The notes beneath the pieces are model-generated. The model was not told where the DNA came from. It was given only the letters and a program-made list of their open reading frames with translations, and made no database searches. DNA of 64,000 nt from Vulcanimicrobiota bacterium (GTDB taxonomy: Bacteria; Vulcanimicrobiota; Vulcanimicrobiia; Vulcanimicrobiales; Vulcanimicrobiaceae): the NCBI GenBank assembly GCA_963844735.1, contig CAWJPK010000003.1, forward strand, positions 123,640 to 187,639. The letters run 5' to 3'. Both the position numbers and the translations under genes were made by a program. Positions 61,802-64,000 of the stretch are shown here, one piece after another. Each line of letters opens with the position of its first letter. The stretch's first letter is position 1.

Positions 61802-63142
61802 ATGCGCGTAGCTATCTTCGGAGCCGGACCGTCCGGTTTGTTTCTTGCGGATGCGCTCTTGAAAGCGAATCCGGTCCCGCTTTCGATCGACATCATCGAT
61901 CGTCTCCCAGCTCCATACGGACTGGTACGATACGGCGTCGCGCCGGATCATCCGAAGATCAAGTCCGTCATCAACACGTTCGCGAAGACGTTCGAAGATG
62001 AGCGCGTGCGTTTTCTCGGTAACGTCGCGTTCGGCGTCGATCTCATGCTCGAAGACGTCCAGCGTCATTATGACGTTGCGGCATATACGGTCGGCGCGGC
62101 CGTCGATCGCATGCTCGGAATTCCCGGTGAGAATCTGCACGGCAAATATCTCGTCGACGGAGTTCGTCGCGTGGTATAGCGGACATCCGGATCAGCACGG
62201 ACGCACGATTACACTCGATGCGGAAGCGGTGGCAGTCATCGGCGTCGGCAACGTCGCGATCGACGTGACGCGTATCTTGGCGAAGCACGTTGATGAGCTG
62301 CGCACCACCGACGTGCCGGAATACGTGCTTGACGCGCTAGCCGTCAGCCGCGTGCGCGACATCTATCTGATCGGGCGGCGCGGCCCCGCGCAAGCCAAGT
62401 TCACGACTCCGGAGCTGCGCGAGCTCGGCGAGATTCCGAATGCCGACGTGATCATCGACCCACGCGATCTCGAACTCGACGAAGCGAGCGCAAAAACCGT
62501 CGCTGGAAAATCGGCACTGCAGCGCAATCTCGATGTTTTGCGCGAGCTTGCGTCGCGCAAACCCGAAGGCCGACCACGGCGCATTCATTTGAAGTTTCTC
62601 GCATCGCCCGTCGAAATCAAGGGCACCGACCGCGTGCGCGAGATCGTGCTGGAACGCAATCGCCTCGACGAACGAGAGAACGCCGTCGGTACCGGCGTGA
62701 AGGACAACATCGCGGCTGGAGATGGTATTCCGCGCCGTTGGGTATCGCGGGATTCCGCTGCCCGGTTTGCCGTTCGATTCGCGCGCCCACGTGATTCCGA
62801 ATCAAGCCGGACGCGTCGTCGACGAAAACGGTGCGCGCGTGAGCGGACAATACGTCGCGGGTTGGATCAAACGCGGTCCGAGCGGCGTGATCGGAACGAA
62901 CAAAGCCGACGCGGCCGAAACCGCGCGCGCGATCGTCGAGGATCTTCCGGGCCTGCCTCGGGCACCCGAAGGGAGCGAGGCAGCGCTCGACGCACTGCTG
63001 CAATCGCGCGGCGTTCAGCGTGTGTCTATGGGACGACTGGCTGGCTATCGATCGGCACGAGCGGGAGCTGGGATCGAAGCACGGCCGCGAGGAGCGGGTC
63101 AAAATCACCGATTTTGCCTCACTGCTTGCCGGGAAGGGGTAG
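61802..63142 (+). pseudogene. fprA: FprA/adrenodoxin-reductase-type NADPH:ferredoxin reductase with 3 frameshifts
   Basis: VAIFGAGPSGLF and YGLVRYGVAPDHP are in the first frame. VIGVGNVAIDV is in the second frame and VFRAVGYRG..GWIKRGPSGVIGTNK in the third. The C-terminus DDWLAIDRHERELG is in a further frame. Breaks lie near 62155, 62720 and 63030. Confidence 0.8.
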
Positions 63143-63229
63143 GCGAGCAGGCTCCGTGGACGGGTACTTATAATCTCGTCCGGTCCTAAAAGCCCGAATT
63201 CGTTCGTATATTTAAGGAAGAACACGTAA

Positions 63230-63481
63230 TTGGCAGCTACGAAGAAGCGCGCGACGGCGAAAAAAGAACGCCGGCCGAAGCGCAAGATCTGTAATTTCTG
63301 CGCAGAGAAAAGCGACTCAATCGACTACAAAGACACGACGCGTCTGCGCAAGTACATCTCCGAACGCGGCAAGATTCTGCCGCGCCGTATCTCAGGAAAT
63401 TGCGCCAAGCATCAACGCGGTTTGACGACCGCCGTGAAGCGCGCACGTATCATCGCGCTTTTGCCTTTCGTCGCGGAGTAA
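63230..63481 (+). CDS. rpsR: 30S ribosomal protein S18
   Basis: [34 protein letters not shown] start after AAGGAAG. Confidence 0.9.
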   Translation: MAATKKRATAKKERRPKRKICNFCAEKSDSIDYKDTTRLRKYISERGKILPRRISGNCAKHQRGLTTAVKRARIIALLPFVAE

Positions 63482-63482
63482 C

Positions 63483-63930
63483 ATGCGCGTCATTCTCCTG
63501 AGCGACGTGAAGGCGCTCGGCAAGCGCGGCACCGTCGTCGACGTCGCCGAGGGTTACGCCAACAATTTCCTGATTCCGAAAAAACTCGCGGCCGAAGCCT
63601 CGAGCCGGCGCGCTTGCGACGCTCGAGCAACAGAACAAAGCGAAGGCGAAACGCCAAGCCGAGGATCTCGCACAATCAAAGGAGCTGGCGCGTATCATCG
63701 AGAGCAAGCCGCTTTCGGTCCCGGCGCGTGCCGGCGGCAACGGGAAGCTCTTCGGAACGATCACGAACGCGCAGATCGCGGAAGCGATTCAGCGCAGCTT
63801 CGACATCGCGCTCGACCGGCACAAGATCGAGCTCAAGACGCCGATCAAAGCCGTCGGCACGTATCCCGTCGAGGTCAAGCTCGGAAACAACGTCACGGCA
63901 AAGGCGACGGTCGAGGTCGTACCAGCGTAA
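63483..63930 (+). CDS. rplI: 50S ribosomal protein L9 with one frameshift near 63600
   Basis: [36 protein letters not shown] is in the first frame. The remainder ([39 protein letters not shown] 63928..63930) was obtained by my own translation of another frame. Confidence 0.85.
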
Positions 63931-64000
63931 GCATCCGTGGCTTCAGCGAAGGATAGCGATAACCGGTTCGTCCGTCGCTTCCGCCGCAAGTACGGAGGCG

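Noticed and set aside
63937-64000. GTG-initiated ORF after rplI that might be dnaB
   Set aside because: Only about 21 codons are visible and they show no DnaB N-terminal signature, so it cannot be called.

Overview
This is a GC-rich bacterial chromosomal segment with about 65 protein-coding genes. I recognised no rRNA, tRNA, CRISPR array, transposase, integrase or phage gene.

Gene content, in order:
- a signalling operon: membrane GAF sensor, cNMP-binding TrxR-like flavoprotein, hybrid histidine kinase, CheY-like receiver and a small 70-aa protein
- DEAD-box helicase, Zn-ribbon protein and IF-1
- secreted beta-propeller and beta/gamma-crystallin-like proteins
- a TRAP binding protein with MmgE/PrpD paralogs
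- a decayed zinc metalloprotease
- two YtcJ-type amidohydrolases flanking a NitT/TauT ABC transporter
- Dyp peroxidase, EamA transporter, GT39-like glycosyltransferase and HdeD
- an LldD-like / BNR-propeller / MoaD-like operon
- an MFP-RND efflux operon, divergent from an OmpR-HK-PilZ operon
- tdk, M20 peptidase, MBL-rhodanese enzyme and SDR epimerase
- an SLH-domain porin, SCO1, a DUF2249-Crp fusion and a CitE-like lyase
- two tandem NRAMP genes, a hotdog thioesterase, sdhA-sdhB plus a CCG subunit, and a split TPP decarboxylase
- a FecR/Gly-tail protein, MsrA, class A beta-lactamase, alpha/beta hydrolase, YbaK, an FprA-type reductase and rpsR-rplI

The SLH-coiled-coil-barrel porin suggests a diderm whose outer membrane is tethered through SLH domains. 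I cannot place the organism further.

Main observations:
1. There are at least 25 reading-frame disruptions, and they are strongly clustered in four genes. Many long genes are intact, and a few single indels occur elsewhere, including one in rplI.
2. The RND operon carries a 57-aa membrane ORF that is missing from the ORF track and is ATGA-coupled to the pump. It is followed by a 163-aa acidic Ser/Thr/Gln-rich protein with no Lys, Arg, His or Cys.
3. Several genes can only start at CTG, two of them in a CTGA stop/start overlap. These parallel the many ATGA, GTGA and TTGA junctions in the window.
4. A roughly 360-bp MITE/REP-like insertion sits between two genes, bounded by 14-15 nt direct repeats.
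5. A MoaD-like GG-terminal protein is translationally coupled to a BNR propeller and an FMN-dependent oxidase, with no E1 enzyme nearby.

No classical defence or mobile system is evident. All functional calls come from motif recognition by eye, not from database searches.
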